DNA from: Candidatus Hydrothermarchaeales archaeon
Lineage (GTDB): Archaea; Hydrothermarchaeota; Hydrothermarchaeia; Hydrothermarchaeales; SZUA-236
Reading direction: 5' to 3'
DNA: 24,950 nucleotides
NCBI GenBank assembly: GCA_036446635.1
Contig: JAZFTJ010000033.1
Location: forward strand, 1-24,950
Shown here: piece after piece, positions 1 through 10,397 of the stretch
Layout: every line of letters starts with the position of its first letter
How positions within the stretch are numbered: position 1 is the stretch's first letter
The notes under the pieces: generated by a model
Seen by the model: only the letters and a program-made list of their open reading frames with translations
What the model was told of the DNA's origin: nothing
Databases searched by the model: none
Program-made: the position numbers and the translations under genes

Positions 1-903
<903 letters not shown>

Positions 904-1163
904 AACCACAAGGTCTACTAAGTTTCACCACTATCGAACTTACGTCGGACCCGAGCTTTTTGATCGAGTCTCCATCTTTTTTGTTGCATGGCTTGGAAAA
1001 TGCAGCCCGTCATCATAAGCGAAGACGCAACTTCAGAGCTGTCGCCTTATGGCCATGCCCAATTCACGTATGTAATATGGAATCTTAACGTACTCATCCA
1101 AATCTAAACGCAGAATGGTGTTTTTAATCCCCAATATTCCCCATGTGAAAGGAATCTTGAAAA
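904..1163 (-). promoter_or_regulatory. 16S upstream leader / rRNA promoter region (unresolved)
   Basis: Non-coding stretch between the 16S 5' end and the upstream minus-strand CDS. It contains AT-rich TATA-like stretches. The exact promoter was not resolved by eye. Confidence 0.3.
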
Positions 1164-1814
1164 CTAAAAAAGGTTCTCAAGTTTGCTTACTTTCTTTAAA
1201 AGCTCGTTCCTCTCCAGATCAATCTTGTTTAGCTTGTCTTTTGTTTCTGTCAGCTCTTTTCTCAGGCTGTTCACTTCTGCCTTAATATCACTTAGATCTT
1301 TCCCCTTCTCACTTAGGTGCCTTCGGTATGTTTTTGTCTCAACCTGAATGTCAGTATACTGTGAACTGATAGTCTGAAGTTCTTTCTCCCTGGATCTTAT
1401 CATACGTTCTTTCTCTTTCACATCCATATTCATGTCTTCGATCCTAGTTCTAAGACTGGCTAGTTCATTAGTAGACTTCATGATCTCTGAATTCTTCTCC
1501 TCACTCTCCTTCTTGAGCGTTGAAATTTCCTTTCTCTTCTCTTCGAGTCGATCTTCTTTATCTGCTAGGTTATTCTCAAGTTCAGAAATGCTGTTTTTGT
1601 TATCAGACGCATTCCTCGTCAAGTCAGATATAGTATGAGAATAGGAAGAATTCTCCTCCTTTAATGCATTCAACTTCTGCGAGAGCTCTTGATTTGTCTT
1701 CTCAAGCTCATCTAGCTTTTTATTAGCATCATCCAACTGGGAAGCAAGGTCCTGGTTCTTCATCTTATGCTCTGCTACCAGGTTCTCGTAGAATTCCTTC
1801 TCTTTCTCATGCAT
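1164..1814 (-). CDS. coiled-coil protein, hypothetical
   Basis: 216-aa ORF. The sequence is a highly charged K/E/L-rich heptad-like low-complexity stretch throughout (NKKLDELEKTNQELSQKLNALKEEN...). No catalytic motif was recognised. Confidence 0.6.
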   Translation of the reverse strand: MHEKEKEFYENLVAEHKMKNQDLASQLDDANKKLDELEKTNQELSQKLNALKEENSSYSHTISDLTRNASDNKNSISELENNLADKEDRLEEKRKEISTLKKESEEKNSEIMKSTNELASLRTRIEDMNMDVKEKERMIRSREKELQTISSQYTDIQVETKTYRRHLSEKGKDLSDIKAEVNSLRKELTETKDKLNKIDLERNELLKKVSKLENLF

Positions 1815-1889
1815 AAGAACAACCTTCGAGAGATACCGTTTCCCTTTTAGATATAAATAATTTGACTACTATAAACAGATTGGACATGA

Positions 1890-2135
1890 TTAGAGAACAA
1901 GGTCCACCCTGGTTGTCTTAACATCATCCAGTCTTAGAATTTCTTCCTCAGCTTTTACAGCCATATATGATGAGAAGGGGCACAGATCTGAAGGGACCAT
2001 CTTTACAAAAACTTCGTCCCCATTGATCTTGATCTCCTTTATCATACCCAAGTCTACAATATTGCCCCCAGCCTTAAGACTAATCACCAGCCTTAAGGCG
2101 TCCAAAACATCTTCCTCAGTCACCATTTCGAACAA
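1890..2135 (-). CDS. DUF59/MIP18-family Fe-S cluster assembly protein
   Basis: 81-aa ORF. The pattern EDVLDALRLV...GGNIVDLGMIKEIKI is typical of the DUF59 (FeS_assembly_P) fold. It overlaps the nadC 3' end by ~20 nt, suggesting an operon. Confidence 0.6.
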   Translation of the reverse strand: MFEMVTEEDVLDALRLVISLKAGGNIVDLGMIKEIKINGDEVFVKMVPSDLCPFSSYMAVKAEEEILRLDDVKTTRVDLVL

Positions 2136-2943
2136 CCCTCAGCCCTATGTCGATCCAAGGCGCTCCAGTTGTCAGATAACCCATGGAGATCAAGTCCGGC
2201 CTGGTCTTAGCATATTCCTCCAAATTCTCCGGAGTTATATTCCCAGAAAGCTCTATCATAACACTTTCCCTATGCCCCTGCTTTTCAAGCTCAAAAATTG
2301 CCTTTTCTACTTCTCCCGGACTCATGTTGTCCAGCATTATAGTGTTCGCCCCAGCCTCGCACGCGGCAATCGCTTCCTTTAAAGAGGAGACCTCGACCTC
2401 AATCTTTTCACGACCAGTCTTTTTTGCCATTTCAACCGCCTTTTCCAGAGCAGTTATTGCAAGATGATTATCCTTGATCAGAACTTCGTCATAGAGCCCC
2501 TGCCTATGAGGATAGCCCCCACCTATCTTTATAGCCTTCTTCTCGAAAGTCCTGAAGCCAGGAGTAGTCTTCCTTGTGCCCGCCACCATGACATCGTAGG
2601 GTCTGCATTTTGTCACAAGCTCTCTGGTCGTGGTTGCAATCCCACTCATTCGCATCAACAGATTTAACATCAGGCGCTCAAGGACCAGGATTTTCCTGGC
2701 ATTGTCTATGATGATTAGAATAACATCCCCTTTTTTGATCTCATCCCCATCTTTAAAAGAAGTTTCATACATTATTTTAAAATGATCCAACAGCTCCCTG
2801 CATTCTTCAAGACCCGCTAAAACCCCTTTCTCTTTCACCATCACTTCAGCTCTTATCACCTCTCCTTCGCTTATGACACTGTCTGTCGTGATGTCTCCCC
2901 TGCCAAGATCTTCATTAAGAAACTCAAGAAGCTTGTGTATCAT
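2116..2943 (-). CDS. nadC: nicotinate-nucleotide pyrophosphorylase (quinolinate phosphoribosyltransferase)
   Basis: GDITTD near the N-terminus, RKTTPGFR...KIGGGYPHRQGLYDEVLIKDNH and a C-terminal IELSGNI match the QPRTase N and C domains. The ORF is open from 3033. The start is more likely the internal Met at 2943 (MIHKLLEFLNEDLGRGDITT), giving ~276 aa. Confidence 0.85.
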   Translation of the reverse strand: MIHKLLEFLNEDLGRGDITTDSVISEGEVIRAEVMVKEKGVLAGLEECRELLDHFKIMYETSFKDGDEIKKGDVILIIIDNARKILVLERLMLNLLMRMSGIATTTRELVTKCRPYDVMVAGTRKTTPGFRTFEKKAIKIGGGYPHRQGLYDEVLIKDNHLAITALEKAVEMAKKTGREKIEVEVSSLKEAIAACEAGANTIMLDNMSPGEVEKAIFELEKQGHRESVMIELSGNITPENLEEYAKTRPDLISMGYLTTGAPWIDIGLRVVRNGD

Positions 2944-3190
2944 GATAACGCCTTTTAGATCGGTTTTTATAGAAATATTTATGCAATCGGAGAAATAAGT
3001 TATCCCCCTGGATGCCCTTTTAGTAATAGACATGCTAACGATTTTGTAAGAGAACTGCCGCAGATGCCGCTATGAGAGGCTATAATGTCACGGTGCCATA
3101 AAAATTCGCGGGATCTGTTAGCAGAAGAGGCACATACATAGGCCCTTAGACATATGAAAGAGATACTCAATACCGAGTTAGTCTGAAACA

Positions 3191-3574
3191 TCAGCTGATA
3201 TAAGATTGGGGCGGAGGCACCATGGCGTTTGGACCTGCCATTTTCTTTCTCTTTCTGTAAAACTCCCTGTATCTGTCCCAAGTCTTGGATGCTATATCGC
3301 CTCTTAATATCTTGGTCACGATCATCCTCGGTGCAAGAGGGCCCTGATCGAACATAGGCCGATAATCCACCAGTACAACATCTCCCCCCTTTATCTTATC
3401 CACAAGCTTCGGATCCACCAAGATCGTGAGCAGGTTGTCATCCCACATCTGGAGCATCACCTGCACCTCTTTATTTGCAGACACCACATCTTCATTTTTT
3501 GAGGAGAAAACACTCAGAACTTGACCAGGATGAAACATGACAAAGCCTCTTTTTGGAAAATCTCCGTTGATCAT
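3191..3574 (-). CDS. hypothetical protein
   Basis: 127-aa ORF with no recognisable motif. Compact spacing with its neighbours supports it being a real gene. Confidence 0.4.
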   Translation of the reverse strand: MINGDFPKRGFVMFHPGQVLSVFSSKNEDVVSANKEVQVMLQMWDDNLLTILVDPKLVDKIKGGDVVLVDYRPMFDQGPLAPRMIVTKILRGDIASKTWDRYREFYRKRKKMAGPNAMVPPPQSYIS

Positions 3575-3664
3575 ATTCTTTGAACAATAAAAATATATAA
3601 CTCAAGAGATCAAATAAATAGTTGCTTATCAGATGGAGAAGGGATTTTTGGAGGTGTATTTATT

Positions 3665-4192
3665 ATGAGCGGTGCTGAATTCGTCCTTAAAAGTCTGGAT
3701 GCAGGAAGGGGGATAGAGACAGTAGGGATCAAATTTTATACAGAGGCTTCTGAGAAAGTCAAGGATGCGAAAGGCCGGGAAACCCTCAAATTTTTAGCAA
3801 ATGAAGAGAAGGAGCACCTGAGATTCATCAACAATCTATCACACTTATTTAAAGAAAAAGAAGACAAAGCGGAGATTGCAAGAATAATAAAAGAACATGT
3901 GAAACTCCAGAACAAGCCAAAAATATTCCCAGATAAAAAAGAATATGAAAAAAAGATAGAAGCAGACAACGCTGACAAAGAGATTCTAAAAGAAGCAAAA
4001 AATGTTGAGGAGAGGTCAATAGACTTCTACATCGAGTGCAAGAACAAAGTGAACGAAGCAGGATACAAAGAGATATTTGAGACGCTTGCAGGTGAGGAAA
4101 ACAAGCATTTGGAATGGATAGAGATGATCCAGGGATATATGGATGTCCACGGCTACTGGTATGATCTCTACGGCTACTTCGCCAACGAGTAG
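3665..4192 (+). CDS. rubrerythrin/ferritin-like diiron protein (no rubredoxin domain)
   Basis: Two E-x-x-H motifs (EEKEH, EENKH) lie in a helical K/E-rich four-helix-bundle-like sequence. This is the rubrerythrin-family ferritin-like fold. Confidence 0.6.
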   Translation: MSGAEFVLKSLDAGRGIETVGIKFYTEASEKVKDAKGRETLKFLANEEKEHLRFINNLSHLFKEKEDKAEIARIIKEHVKLQNKPKIFPDKKEYEKKIEADNADKEILKEAKNVEERSIDFYIECKNKVNEAGYKEIFETLAGEENKHLEWIEMIQGYMDVHGYWYDLYGYFANE

Positions 4193-4196
4193 GAGA

Positions 4197-4574
4197 TCAA
4201 TCCTTCTTTTTAAAGAAGAGCCAGTTCCTACCAGCCCTAGGCTTTTTTAAACGAAGTAAAACATAACCACCTCTGAGTTTTCTTCCTTTAATGTTAACTA
4301 CAAGTTTGTCCTCAGTTTTCTCAATGAGGTCAAAACTCCCTCGGTCCCATATCTCCACTTTTCCAGCACCATATTCCCCCTTAGGGATAATGCCCTCAAA
4401 ACCTGCATAATCAAGAGGATGATCTTCTACCTGAACTGCAAGCCTCTTCAGTCCCGGAACCATGGGGGGCTCCTTTGGCACCGCCCAACTTCTTAAAACG
4501 CCACCCATTTCAAGGCGAAGATCCCAGTGGAGATGCTTAGCCTGATGCTTATGAATGACATAAGTCTCCCCCAT
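4197..4574 (-). CDS. stand-alone DNA ligase D 3'-phosphoesterase (PE) domain protein
   Basis: HKHQAKHLHWDLRLE...SWAVPKEPP...LAVQVEDHPLDYAGFEGIIPKGEYGAGKVEIWDRGSF matches the conserved LigD PE (LigD_N) core motifs HxHxAxxLHYDLRLE, SWAVPKGPS and VEDHPL..FEG.IP.G.YGAG.V.IWD. Confidence 0.85.
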   Translation of the reverse strand: MGETYVIHKHQAKHLHWDLRLEMGGVLRSWAVPKEPPMVPGLKRLAVQVEDHPLDYAGFEGIIPKGEYGAGKVEIWDRGSFDLIEKTEDKLVVNIKGRKLRGGYVLLRLKKPRAGRNWLFFKKKD

Positions 4575-5023
4575 TTACTTATCCTCTCCAACCTTGTGAG
4601 CGCTTGTTTTTTTCAAACCCTGTCAACCCGGCAAATAACCCCTTTTCCATCATTAAACCACCCATCATCATTGGCAATATAAAAAATATAAAACATATTA
4701 TGATTAAATCGGATCCTTAAAAAATATATCGGACTATAACCGTCTGGATCAGGTTAGAATTATGCTTATATCCCGGCGTTCACCGGCTTCCAGACCAAAT
4801 ATTTAAGTACTATAAGATTTAAAAAATGGGCATGGAAGGGATAATGGGACATGGCTCTCCTCCTATTCTCTTTTCCCTTCCTTTTCTCTTCTCTTCAAAA
4901 CACACAATTTTTCCGATATCCATTGCAACTCTTTAAGATAAAAAGAGAGAAGATCTTGAAGAAAACCATTTTTTTGTGTCACTTGACTAAAAATTTAAAT
5001 AAAAATGACATAATCCTTCTGTC

Positions 5024-5305
5024 ATGCTTAAAGTAGACGACTGGATGAGATGTCCAAAATGTGGCTATGAGGTTCCTAAGATAGAGGAATACTGCCCAAA
5101 CTGTGAGCAGGAGATAAGGGCTTATGTGGAAAGCGTGCCGTGGTGGGGGCTTGTAGGGGCAACTATAATGGGAGTAGGGTTCTTGATATCTGCTATAACT
5201 TCAAGATATGTCTTTGCAGTTCTGGCGGTTATGTTATCGGTCCCTCTGATGGCAGTATATTATTTTAAAAAGAGGACAGTTGACAGATTGACTTTTACTA
5301 AATAG
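5024..5305 (+). CDS. small zinc-ribbon membrane protein (paralogue 1)
   Basis: CPKCGYEV...CPNCEQEI (CxxC-x15-CxxC) is followed by two hydrophobic helices (WWGLVGATIMGVGFLISAI; FAVLAVMLSVPLMAVYYF). Confidence 0.6.
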   Translation: MLKVDDWMRCPKCGYEVPKIEEYCPNCEQEIRAYVESVPWWGLVGATIMGVGFLISAITSRYVFAVLAVMLSVPLMAVYYFKKRTVDRLTFTK

Positions 5306-5399
5306 TGAAAAGACTTTACATTCACCAGGGTTGAGATCTAATTCATTTCTTTAAAAAAACACTAGATTTATATTAAATCCAGATATTAAACTAAGGATC

Positions 5400-5684
5400 A
5401 TGCCAGATAGAATGCTTTGTCCCGAGTGCAAGACCAAAGTCTTAGTTTCAGAGAAAAACTGTCCAAAATGTGGCTTTGAAATAGAAACTTTTGTTCGGAG
5501 TACAACCTACTGGGGCATAATAGGTTTGTTATTCATTTGCTTTGGCCTCATTGCTGCTGTTGTATATTCTACCACAGACTATATTGGCGTAGGTCTGTTA
5601 ATTGCAGCCCCTCCTCTGATTTTTTATTATCGAAACAGGCAGCGGATAGAGAGACTCTCATTAAGAAAAAAGCGAAGACATTAA
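5400..5684 (+). CDS. small zinc-ribbon membrane protein (paralogue 2)
   Basis: Same architecture as 5024..5305: CPECKTKV...CPKCGFEI, then two TM helices and a C-terminal basic tail. It is a tandem duplicate. Confidence 0.6.
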   Translation: MPDRMLCPECKTKVLVSEKNCPKCGFEIETFVRSTTYWGIIGLLFICFGLIAAVVYSTTDYIGVGLLIAAPPLIFYYRNRQRIERLSLRKKRRH

Positions 5685-5702
5685 TAATCCCGCATCGGAT
5701 CT

Positions 5703-6068
5703 TCATGCCAGATCCTTTACGGTACTTATTACTTCTTTAATGTTAATGGGCTTTGTTAGGTGTCTGTCAGCATGAGCATAATCAAGGCTCTTCTCAATAC
5801 TCTCCTTACTTCTTCTAACAGAGAGCATCGAAACAGGGACACTCAACTTGGATTCCTTTATCCTCTTACATACCTCCCATCCGCTAATATCCGGCATTTC
5901 GATGTCAAGAAGAACTAGGTCAGGATTTATCTCCTCGATCCTCATGAGACATTCATTCCCGCTGGACAACTCAACTATGTCATACCCCTCTTTTTTCAAA
6001 GCAGTTTTTAGAATAAAATGAATGTCAGGCTCATCGTCAACGATCAATATCTTAACCACGCATATCAA
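5703..6068 (-). CDS. CheY-like response regulator receiver (single domain)
   Basis: ILIVDDEPDI...LVLLDIEMPDISGWEV...K receiver motifs, including the phospho-acceptor Asp context. Confidence 0.85.
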   Translation of the reverse strand: MICVVKILIVDDEPDIHFILKTALKKEGYDIVELSSGNECLMRIEEINPDLVLLDIEMPDISGWEVCKRIKESKLSVPVSMLSVRRSKESIEKSLDYAHADRHLTKPINIKEVISTVKDLA

Positions 6069-6071
6069 CTC

Positions 6072-7991
6072 CTATTTTTTTGTTCTTTTAGGCAGCTTCA
6101 CATTGAAAACGCTTCCGCCCCCTGGATTGTCTTCAACCCATACACTTCCATTATGTAGATCAACTATCCTATTCACAATGGCAAGACCCAAACCGGATCC
6201 TCTAACACCTTCTTTTGAAACTCGTTTGAATCTAAGGAAGATCTTCTCCTTATATTCGTCTGAAATACCTATGCCGTTATCTTTAACACTTATTATCCAC
6301 TCAGTGCCTGCATCCTTTAGATCGACGATGACCCTGCTGTTTTCTGGGCTGTACTTTATTGCGTTGGACACAATATTAAAAAACACATCTTTTATGAAAG
6401 GATTGACATAAGCAGGATATCCCCCCGTAACCGCATTTTCAATCGTTATTCCTTTTTCACTTGCCAAGCCATGTAAACTATCAACCGCGTCCTTGATTAT
6501 CTTAGACAGGTCAATTTTTTCAAACACAAAATCGTCGATAGAATCTACTCTCGCATATTCACTGGCGTCCTCAATCATTTCCTGAAGCGTCTTCGTATTT
6601 CTTTTTATCATTTGCAACTCTTCTTCTATCCCCCTATATGAATCGGTGTCTTCTATCAATTCCAATAGGTTGAGGATAATACCTACTGGATTGAGAAGGT
6701 CGTGTCTAATTATGTCAGTAAACAGGTCTTTAATCTGGTTAGAACGTTCAAGCTCCAGGGTATAGTTTTTAAGGTTTTGTTCCATCTTCTTCCTTTCAGT
6801 TATGTCTTGTGAAAGACTCAACAGTCCCACCGGATTACCCCGATCGTCTACTATGCTTCTTGTGCGCAAGTAGGTTGGAAAAACCTCCCCATTCTTCCGG
6901 ACATTGAGTAGCTCTCCTTCCCACCCCTCCTGTTTTAGCATTGCTTCATAAATCTCCTTATTTTTCTCTACAGTTATCTCTTTTGGCTGCAAAATCTTTG
7001 CATGCTTACCCATTACCTCCTCTGCTTTGTAACCATATGTCTCCTCAGCTGCCTTATTGAAGCTGATGATCTCACCTTTAAGATCTGTTGAAACAATACA
7101 ATATGGGGACGCTTCAATTAGTTTTTGAAGATACTCCCCAGATTTCCTGATCTCTTCTTCTAATCTAGCTTGTTCCGTGACATCCTCTAGTACAACGAGC
7201 AGCCCCTTCACCTGCCTTTTTTCATCTTTTAACGGGGTACATCTAGCAGATAGATATACAGTTTTACCGTAGAATGATGTGTACTCTTCATTATGTAATT
7301 CAAAAGCCTCGCCTTGCAATGCCTGTCTGAAAAGTTTGTCCCATCCTTTTGCCTTGATAGAAGGTAACTCCAGAACATTAAGCCCCAATGACTGATCCAT
7401 ACTTATTTCGCCCATCATCTTCAGATGCATCGGATTAGCTGATGTGATAACCCCGTTTTTATCCGTTGTGAAAATCCCTACAGGCGCGTTTTTAACGATA
7501 TTCTCATTGAACTCCTTTAACCGTTTAATCTCCTCTTCGGCCTTAATCACATGCCTGATATCTTTAGCTATTCCAACTGTCCCGATTGGGTTGCCCTTTC
7601 TATCCCTTAAAGGTGAGATGGTGAGGTTTATATCGACCAATTCCCCGGCGCTGTTATAGACCCTTGTCCTTTGGTTCCTTATCGTCTCCCCTTTCATTAC
7701 CCTCCTTTGCCACTCTCTTCTTCTATTCTTCAGCTCTGACGGATATAATATACTTATAGGTTTGCCGATAATATCCTCTGCTTTGTAGCCTAAGATTTCC
7801 TCAGAACCCCTGTTCCAACTGGTTATTTTTCTGTCTATATCTGTAGTTATAATGCAGTCAGCAGAGCCCTCAATGAGGCTTCTCAAGAATTCCTCAGTTT
7901 CACTCAACTTCATTGTTTTCTCTTCAACTTTCCGTTTTGATCGCCCGGAAAGTTTCTTCACTTCTTGCTCTAGTTTTTCTTTTTTCCCCAC
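6072..7991 (-). CDS. sensor histidine kinase with three PAS domains
   Basis: There are three PAS-like segments (GSADCIITTD..., APVGIFTTDKNG..., ASPYCIVSTDLKG...). The H-box is IIRHDLLNPVG. The HATPase_c G-boxes are DNGIGI and GSGLGLAIV...VWVEDNPGGGSVFNVKLP. Confidence 0.9.
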   Translation of the reverse strand: MGKKEKLEQEVKKLSGRSKRKVEEKTMKLSETEEFLRSLIEGSADCIITTDIDRKITSWNRGSEEILGYKAEDIIGKPISILYPSELKNRRREWQRRVMKGETIRNQRTRVYNSAGELVDINLTISPLRDRKGNPIGTVGIAKDIRHVIKAEEEIKRLKEFNENIVKNAPVGIFTTDKNGVITSANPMHLKMMGEISMDQSLGLNVLELPSIKAKGWDKLFRQALQGEAFELHNEEYTSFYGKTVYLSARCTPLKDEKRQVKGLLVVLEDVTEQARLEEEIRKSGEYLQKLIEASPYCIVSTDLKGEIISFNKAAEETYGYKAEEVMGKHAKILQPKEITVEKNKEIYEAMLKQEGWEGELLNVRKNGEVFPTYLRTRSIVDDRGNPVGLLSLSQDITERKKMEQNLKNYTLELERSNQIKDLFTDIIRHDLLNPVGIILNLLELIEDTDSYRGIEEELQMIKRNTKTLQEMIEDASEYARVDSIDDFVFEKIDLSKIIKDAVDSLHGLASEKGITIENAVTGGYPAYVNPFIKDVFFNIVSNAIKYSPENSRVIVDLKDAGTEWIISVKDNGIGISDEYKEKIFLRFKRVSKEGVRGSGLGLAIVNRIVDLHNGSVWVEDNPGGGSVFNVKLPKRTKK

Positions 7992-8006
7992 AAGAATCGC
8001 CCAAAT

Positions 8007-8405
8007 CTACTTGACATCTTTGGAGCTTTTCAAAACCTTTTTAATGGTCCCTAGCAGTTCTTCTTTGTGGAATGGTTTATCAATGTGGGCATCCGCCTTA
8101 GAATATTGAAAGCTCTTTATCTTGGAGCCAGCACTTGTCCTTACGGTAAACATGACAACAGGTATATGATTTGTTTCCTTGTCCTCCTTTATCTTTTTGC
8201 CGACCTCCCAACCGTCCAATGCCCCCATCATTATGTCTAATAGCACGAGGTCTGGTTTCTCTTCCATTATATTGTCCAGGCACTCTTTGCCACTCTTGGC
8301 CACCACCACTTCATAGCCCCCCCTCTCCAGCATCAGCTTCGTGGTAAATATTATATCCGACTCGTCATCCACGAGCATTATCTTGGCCATATGAAACTCC
8401 TTCAT
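8007..8405 (-). CDS. CheY-like response regulator receiver (single domain)
   Basis: IMLVDDESDI...LVLLDIMMGALDGWEV...K receiver motifs. The start is possibly the Met at ~8390. Confidence 0.85.
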   Translation of the reverse strand: MKEFHMAKIMLVDDESDIIFTTKLMLERGGYEVVVAKSGKECLDNIMEEKPDLVLLDIMMGALDGWEVGKKIKEDKETNHIPVVMFTVRTSAGSKIKSFQYSKADAHIDKPFHKEELLGTIKKVLKSSKDVK

Positions 8406-8470
8406 CCTTTCTTTTTACATATTATAGGGATTCCGATGTTTAAATATTATCTACTGAACAAAACTGTCAT

Positions 8471-9967
8471 TTACGTTACAGATTTTTCTATCGGAAGTAT
8501 AAAAATAAACTTACTCCCCTTCCCCAATTTGCTCTCGACCCAGATCTTGCCGCCATGGGCCTCGACCAGATCTTTGATGACCGAAAGCCCCAGACCAGTT
8601 CCACCGTACCTCCTCGTAGAGCCACTGTCCACTTGATAAAATCTATCGAAGACCTTCTCCAAACACTCTTTGGCAATCCCTATCCCGGTGTCTGTAACCC
8701 TGACCTCAACGAAATTCCCATTCTGCTTTGCTTTTATGACAACCTCCCCACTCTCCTTGTTGAACTTTATAGCATTAAGGAGTAGGTTGCGGAAGATGTG
8801 TTTCAATTCATTCAAATCGGCCTTTACCTTAGGCAAGCCCCCCTCCAGAGAAGTTTTAACTTCGATCTCGGACTTCAAAGCCATAGACTCTATATCTCTT
8901 CTGCACATTTCTATAACTTCTCCCAAGTCCAATCCTTTAAGATTTAATTTTAAGGTCCCCGATGTAAGCCCTCTCATGTCCACCAAATCGTCGATGACCT
9001 TATTTTGGCGGTCGAGGGCATTTAACCCCGTCGTAATAATCTCCTCTCGGTTCTCGATCTTTTTCTTCCTCAAAAGTTCAAGGGCATTCTCGCATATGGT
9101 CAATGGAGTGCGCAGCTCATGAGTTACACTGGAGAGGAGGTTATCCTTCATCTTGTCGAGGGTTTTAAGTTCATCATAGGCTCTTTTCAGTTCCCTATGT
9201 GCTTTTTTGACCTCTTCTTCCCTTCTTTTCCTTTCGGTGATGTCTGTGAAGACTGATAGAACCCCCTTACCCCTCCCGCTTTCAGTTATGGGGGTAGCGC
9301 TGATTATAATGGGTATCCTTCTCCCGTCTTTGTTTACTATGGCAACCTCATAGCTAATAGTTATCTCCTTTAACCTTTTTTCTGACTCTTCCTCCATCTT
9401 TTTTACATATTCTGGAGCGAATATCTCCTTCGAATGCTTTCCAATCAATTCACCTTCTGAATATCCCAAGAGCTCCTCGGTCTTCGGGTTAACAAAGGTG
9501 ATGATCCCGTTGGAGTCCTCGATTAGTATCCCCTCAGCCATGGACTGGACAATATTCTCGTTGAACTCTTTCAAACGTCTGTTTTCTATAATTAGCTGTT
9601 GCTTCTCGAGACCCTTCCTTATGTTTGCAATTACTTCTTCTATATTTAATGGCTTCAAAATGTAGGCATATGCCCCCTCATTTAAAGCCTCAACTGACGT
9701 CTGGAGTGAAGCATAAGCAGTGACTATTATCGCCACTGCATCCGGTTGCATCTCTTTGACTTTTTTCAATATTTCTGTGCCGCTGATGTCTGGAAGCTTT
9801 ATGTCTATTAAGGCTACATCGAAAAACTTTTCTTTTATCTTTTCTAAGCATTCTTCGCCATTTTTTGCTGTTTCGACTTTGTAGCCTTTCTCCTGAAGTA
9901 TATCTTTCAGCGTTTCGCGCGTCCCGAGATCGTCGTCAACTATCAGGATACTTATTTCCTCTGGCAT
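8471..9967 (-). CDS. hybrid REC-PAS-histidine kinase
   Basis: N-terminal receiver ([14 protein letters not shown]...[12 protein letters not shown]). A PAS segment follows ([24 protein letters not shown]). The H-box is THELRTPLT. The HATPase_c domain is DTGIGI...[32 protein letters not shown]. Confidence 0.9.
   Translation of the reverse strand: MPEEISILIVDDDLGTRETLKDILQEKGYKVETAKNGEECLEKIKEKFFDVALIDIKLPDISGTEILKKVKEMQPDAVAIIVTAYASLQTSVEALNEGAYAYILKPLNIEEVIANIRKGLEKQQLIIENRRLKEFNENIVQSMAEGILIEDSNGIITFVNPKTEELLGYSEGELIGKHSKEIFAPEYVKKMEEESEKRLKEITISYEVAIVNKDGRRIPIIISATPITESGRGKGVLSVFTDITERKRREEEVKKAHRELKRAYDELKTLDKMKDNLLSSVTHELRTPLTICENALELLRKKKIENREEIITTGLNALDRQNKVIDDLVDMRGLTSGTLKLNLKGLDLGEVIEMCRRDIESMALKSEIEVKTSLEGGLPKVKADLNELKHIFRNLLLNAIKFNKESGEVVIKAKQNGNFVEVRVTDTGIGIAKECLEKVFDRFYQVDSGSTRRYGGTGLGLSVIKDLVEAHGGKIWVESKLGKGSKFIFILPIEKSVT
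9911..9952. repeat. ~40-bp exact repeat, copy 1 (REC-domain N-terminus of the hybrid HK)
   Basis: gtttcgcgcgtcccgagatcgtcgtcaactatcaggatact is identical to 10339-10379. Confidence 0.8.
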
Positions 9968-10022
9968 AATCCCTCACAACATCCTTAAACATTTAATATC
10001 TATTTTATCTATCATTTGTATC

Positions 10023-10397
10023 CTACTTAGGCATTGCGCCTTCGATGAGCTTTATCGTCTTCTCCATATCCAAAGGTTTGTAGACAACGGCATATGCCCC
10101 TTCCCTCAAAGCTTCTGCTACGAGGGCTTCGTCAACGTAGGCTGTCATCATAATTATCGCCACCTCTGGGTATACTATCTTCTTGATCTCCCTAATAGTC
10201 TCTATGCCGTCTATTCCTATCATCTTATTATCCATAAGTATAACTTTAAAGAGCTCTCTCTTGAGTTTCGCAAGCGCTTCAATTCCGCTTTCTGCAGTAG
10301 TTACATTATATCCTTTCACAGTTAGGATATCAGTCAAGGTTTCGCGCGTCCCGAGATCGTCGTCAACTATCAGGATACTAGTTTTCCTTTCCTTCAT
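10023..10397 (-). CDS. CheY-like response regulator receiver (single domain)
   Basis: [14 protein letters not shown]...VILMDNKMIGIDG receiver motifs. The start overlaps the last ~20 nt of the upstream HK gene. Confidence 0.85.
   Translation of the reverse strand: MKERKTSILIVDDDLGTRETLTDILTVKGYNVTTAESGIEALAKLKRELFKVILMDNKMIGIDGIETIREIKKIVYPEVAIIMMTAYVDEALVAEALREGAYAVVYKPLDMEKTIKLIEGAMPK
10338..10379. repeat. ~40-bp exact repeat, copy 2 (REC-domain N-terminus of the RR 10023..10397)
   Basis: Identical string to copy 1. Both encode [14 protein letters not shown]. Confidence 0.8.

Noticed and set aside
1432-1638. 68-aa plus-strand ORF
   Set aside because: Antisense to the coiled-coil gene 1164..1814. 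Serine/leucine-rich, as expected from reverse-reading K/E-rich codons.
3000-3281. 93-aa minus-strand ORF bridging nadC and the 127-aa gene
   Set aside because: It overlaps the ends of two better-supported genes in a different frame. Arbitrary composition.
8098-9122. Several 60-150-aa ORFs on both strands (8098..8283, 8488..8676, 8555..8785, 8670..9122)
   Set aside because: Embedded in or antisense to the well-supported response-regulator and hybrid-kinase genes. No motifs.
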